Below the pieces are notes generated by a model. The model worked only from the letters and a program-made list of their open reading frames with translations, made no database searches and was not told the origin of the DNA. The translations under genes were made by a program, and so were the position numbers. A stretch of DNA of 64,000 nt from the human T2T-CHM13v2.0 reference genome, Homo sapiens, in NCBI RefSeq assembly GCF_009914755.1, contig NC_060948.1. The stretch is one strand, 5' to 3'. Below are positions 60,916 to 64,000 of this stretch, one piece after another. The stretch's first letter is position 1, and each line of letters starts with the position of its first letter.

Positions 60916-62803
60916 AAATTCATATTTTTTAACTAAATCTTCAACATAAAACAATTTTAAAGTGAATAATAAATTCAAACTATTATTCAGTTTCCATATA
61001 AGGAAATCAATATTGCACATGTAAATGTATACTTTTTGTAGATTACATTTAAAATAAGAGCTACATATAATATATTAAGACCATATTTTTAGAATAAATC
61101 AAATTTATCTGAAAGCATCCATTAATTTTTCCCATTGATAAACATTGAATAATATAATTTCTAACTCTTAAGTTTAAAACATTATCTTTACAGATAATGG
61201 CATTTTATAAAAATGAAATGATTTTTAGTAATCCAATTTTTCTTGATGTTGTCAATCAGGTCTTGAAGAAGACAGTCTATGCATGTTGACAATCACTTGT
61301 ATGAAAGGTCTGATGATTGAAATGATTTGTATAAGTCCTAATAAGTTCTGAAAAATCTAGTGAATTTTAGTTTCTTTTCTTTGACTTGTACTTTCACATT
61401 TATTTTGTTTTTGTGTCCTATATTTTATGATTTATTGATGGAAATCACTGCTTTGCTTTGCAAACTTAGTTTTCTTCAAGTTTATACCACATATAGTCAA
61501 GACGTTTTTACCATATATATATATAAATAAAATAAGGAGAGTTTTCAACGATCACATTTTCCTCAAAAACAATACTAATACGTATTGTGTTGTGAACAAT
61601 CAAAGGCAGCCAGAATGCCTATTAAAATTTGATCAAGTTGTAGGTCTTTCAGACAGTTCTTTGTGTATAACTGTATCTGAAAAAGCATTTGTAAGTTCTG
61701 CAGGCTTGTTTTTGTTTTCTTGTTCATATCAGCTACTTCATGCAATATTCAAGTCTCCCAATTTCTCTTTTTAAGGTAGTCTAGCAACCAGGCTTATATC
61801 TACAAACAGCTTTACATTTTCTGCCAGCATATTTTCTGAATTATAAATCACCATTAACAAATCTGGCTTTTAGATTCTCTGAGATATTATAAGCCCCACT
61901 GCATATTCTGGTTGTTTGTTTCCTCCACATGCAGGCCACATCCTAAGAGATACTGGAAGAAAAGTTATGTTATCCCTCTCTATTCTCATTCCACACACAC
62001 TTTAGCTTAACAAGCACAACATGTTTAAGAAAGAAAATATAAAATTGCCTTCATCTGCTCCCAAGCTATTTGTGAACAATCTAGAAGATATTTAAATATA
62101 AAGCAGTATTGAAAGAACTGTTTTTCTTAAAAAAGAGTAACACACATCAGCTTCAGAAAATGTGTTTTTCCATAGCACAATGTGAGAAATAGGCAAATTT
62201 GAGGATAGTAAAAAAGAAAAACACTTTCTTCCTTATTCTGAGTATGTCTTTTATGCCAAAGGGAATCTTCGTTATCTAGGGGACTATTGATGGATTCACT
62301 TAAAGGACAACCCTTCATCGGCTAACTTAATTCAACAAATGCTCTCCGAGTTAAGATGTGGAATTACATCGTGTCACTCCAAAACATTTATTTACTTTTG
62401 ATAAAAGCAGATCTAGTCATCACTGTCTTCTAATTTTTGACTATGAAATTGTAAAATTCTCCATAAGAGCAATCCTTCATTTTACTATATTTCTCCTTGC
62501 ATATTTTTATATAATCAAGATTATTGTGAGGATGAATCCTCCTCATGACTAATGGTGGAGACTTAAAGGGGAAAAAAAATTAAAACTTGGCTGGTAGATT
62601 CAAGTGTTCATGTAAGTGACCAGATGAGGAAGTTTTGGGGTCATGTTGTCTGAGTTCTGCATCTGTGAGAGATGGTAAGGCCAATTATAGCAGATCCCAG
62701 ATGCTATAGGCTCTATGTAGTTGCAAACGTTGCTTGCAGTACAAAAGTACCTCAAACCTTCTTTGGGACGAGGGTGAAAGATACTCCTTAAGCTTCTTCC
62801 CTT

Positions 62804-63067
62804 TTTAAACCAAAAAATATCTGAGTCATGTCTCAATCAGTTTACACGTTTATTTTGCCAAGGTTGAGGACCATTTTCCATGACACAGCCTCAAGAGGTC
62901 CTGAGAACATGTGCCCAAGGTGGCTGGGTTACAGCTTGCTTTTGTACATTTTAGGAAGATAGAAGTTACAGGCAAAGACATAAATCAATACATGGAAGGT
63001 GGACATTGGTTCAGCCTGGAAAGGTAGCATATCTCAAATTCAGGGCTTCCAGGTCACAGGTGGATTC
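62804..63067 (-). mobile_element. MER4-family LTR, truncated
   Basis: aaaccaaaaaatatctgag...tttattttgccaaggttgagga...gtcctgagaacatgtgcccaaggtgg...caggtcacaggtggattc. Confidence 0.85.
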
Positions 63068-63339
63068 TCATTCTGTCTCCCAGGCTGGAGTGCAGTGGCA
63101 CAATCTCAGTTCACTGCCACCTCTGCCTCCTGGGCTCAAGAATCCTCCCACCTCAACCTCCTAAGTAGCTGGGACTAAAGGTGTGCCATCATGCCAGGCT
63201 AATTTTTGTATTTTTTTGTGGAAATGGGGTTTCATCATATTGCCCAGACTGTTCTCAAACTCCTGGGCTCAAGTAATCCTCCACCTGCATCAGCCTTCCA
63301 AAGCGTTAAGATTACAGGCGGGAGCCAATGTACCCAGCC
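63066..63339 (-). mobile_element. AluJ lacking its poly(A) end
   Basis: tctcattctgtctcccaggctggagtgcagtgg...ctgggctcaag...attacaggcgggagccaatgtacccagcc. Confidence 0.9.
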
Positions 63340-64000
63340 ATACATTATAATTTTTTAACATTTCCAGTGCTCTTCACTCATTTCTAAAGATCTATGTGTC
63401 TATCTGGCATACTTTTTCCAACCAAAAACACCTTCATTTGCCATTTTTCTTACTGTAAAGTTTTGGCAAAAACAAACTCTCTTAGCTTTTTTTCTCTGAA
63501 TTTAATTTTTGTAGATTTTTTTTTCCTTTCAGTCTTTTAGAGTTATTTCACTATCTACTGTCCTTCATAGTTTCTTATGAGAAAGTAGCTATTAATCAAA
63601 TATTTGTTCCTTCATATGTATGGCCTTTCTTTCTTTCTTTCTTTTCTTTCTTTCTTTCTTTCTTTTTCTTTCTTTTCTTTCTCTTGTTTGTTTACATTTT
63701 AAATTTAGATTTGCTTATCTTTGGCTTTAAACAGTTGGACTATGATATACCTTGGCATGGATTTCTTTGTTTTATTTTTCTTGGTGTTTGCTGAGCCTCT
63801 TGGATTTCTAAAACTTATGTGTTATATCATATTTTAAGAAAATCCACCCTTATTTCTTTAAATATTGTTTCTTTTTCCCATTTTCTCTCTCTATTCATGG
63901 AACTCTAAGTGCATGTATTCTAGACTGATATTATCTAACAGGTCTCTGAGTTTATGCTCACTTATTTCCTCTTTTTTTTTTCTTTATGTGTAACAACATC
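63340..64000 (-). mobile_element. L1MC/L1ME ORF1-region fragment with internal (TTTC)n
   Basis: aaactctcttagc, gtttcttatgagaaagtagc, cagttggactatgatataccttggcatggatttc. (TTTC)n at about 63625-63683. Confidence 0.75.

Overview
AT-rich primate (human-like) genomic DNA made mostly of nested, decayed transposable elements: L1PA/L1PB/L1M LINEs, Alu, MIR, L2, solo LTRs (MST, MER11, LTR12C, MLT2A, LTR8, MER67/MER31-type, MLT1, MER4) and two dUTPase-carrying ERVL proviral remnants. I find no intact protein-coding gene, RNA gene or CRISPR array. The ORFs I could assign are TE fragments or simple-repeat artefacts, and the rest are short and unrecognisable. The one host-gene-derived feature is a minus-strand processed pseudogene of sorcin (SRI) at about 47062-47541. 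It carries only the first 73 codons joined directly to a polyadenylated tail and sits inside ERVL pol. Other leads are a CpG-rich LTR12C inserted co-oriented at the 5' end of an old L1, a candidate minus-strand exon at 58546-58637, and several odd junctions. I see no convincing new biological system. Subfamily names come from recalled consensus motifs, not from a database run.
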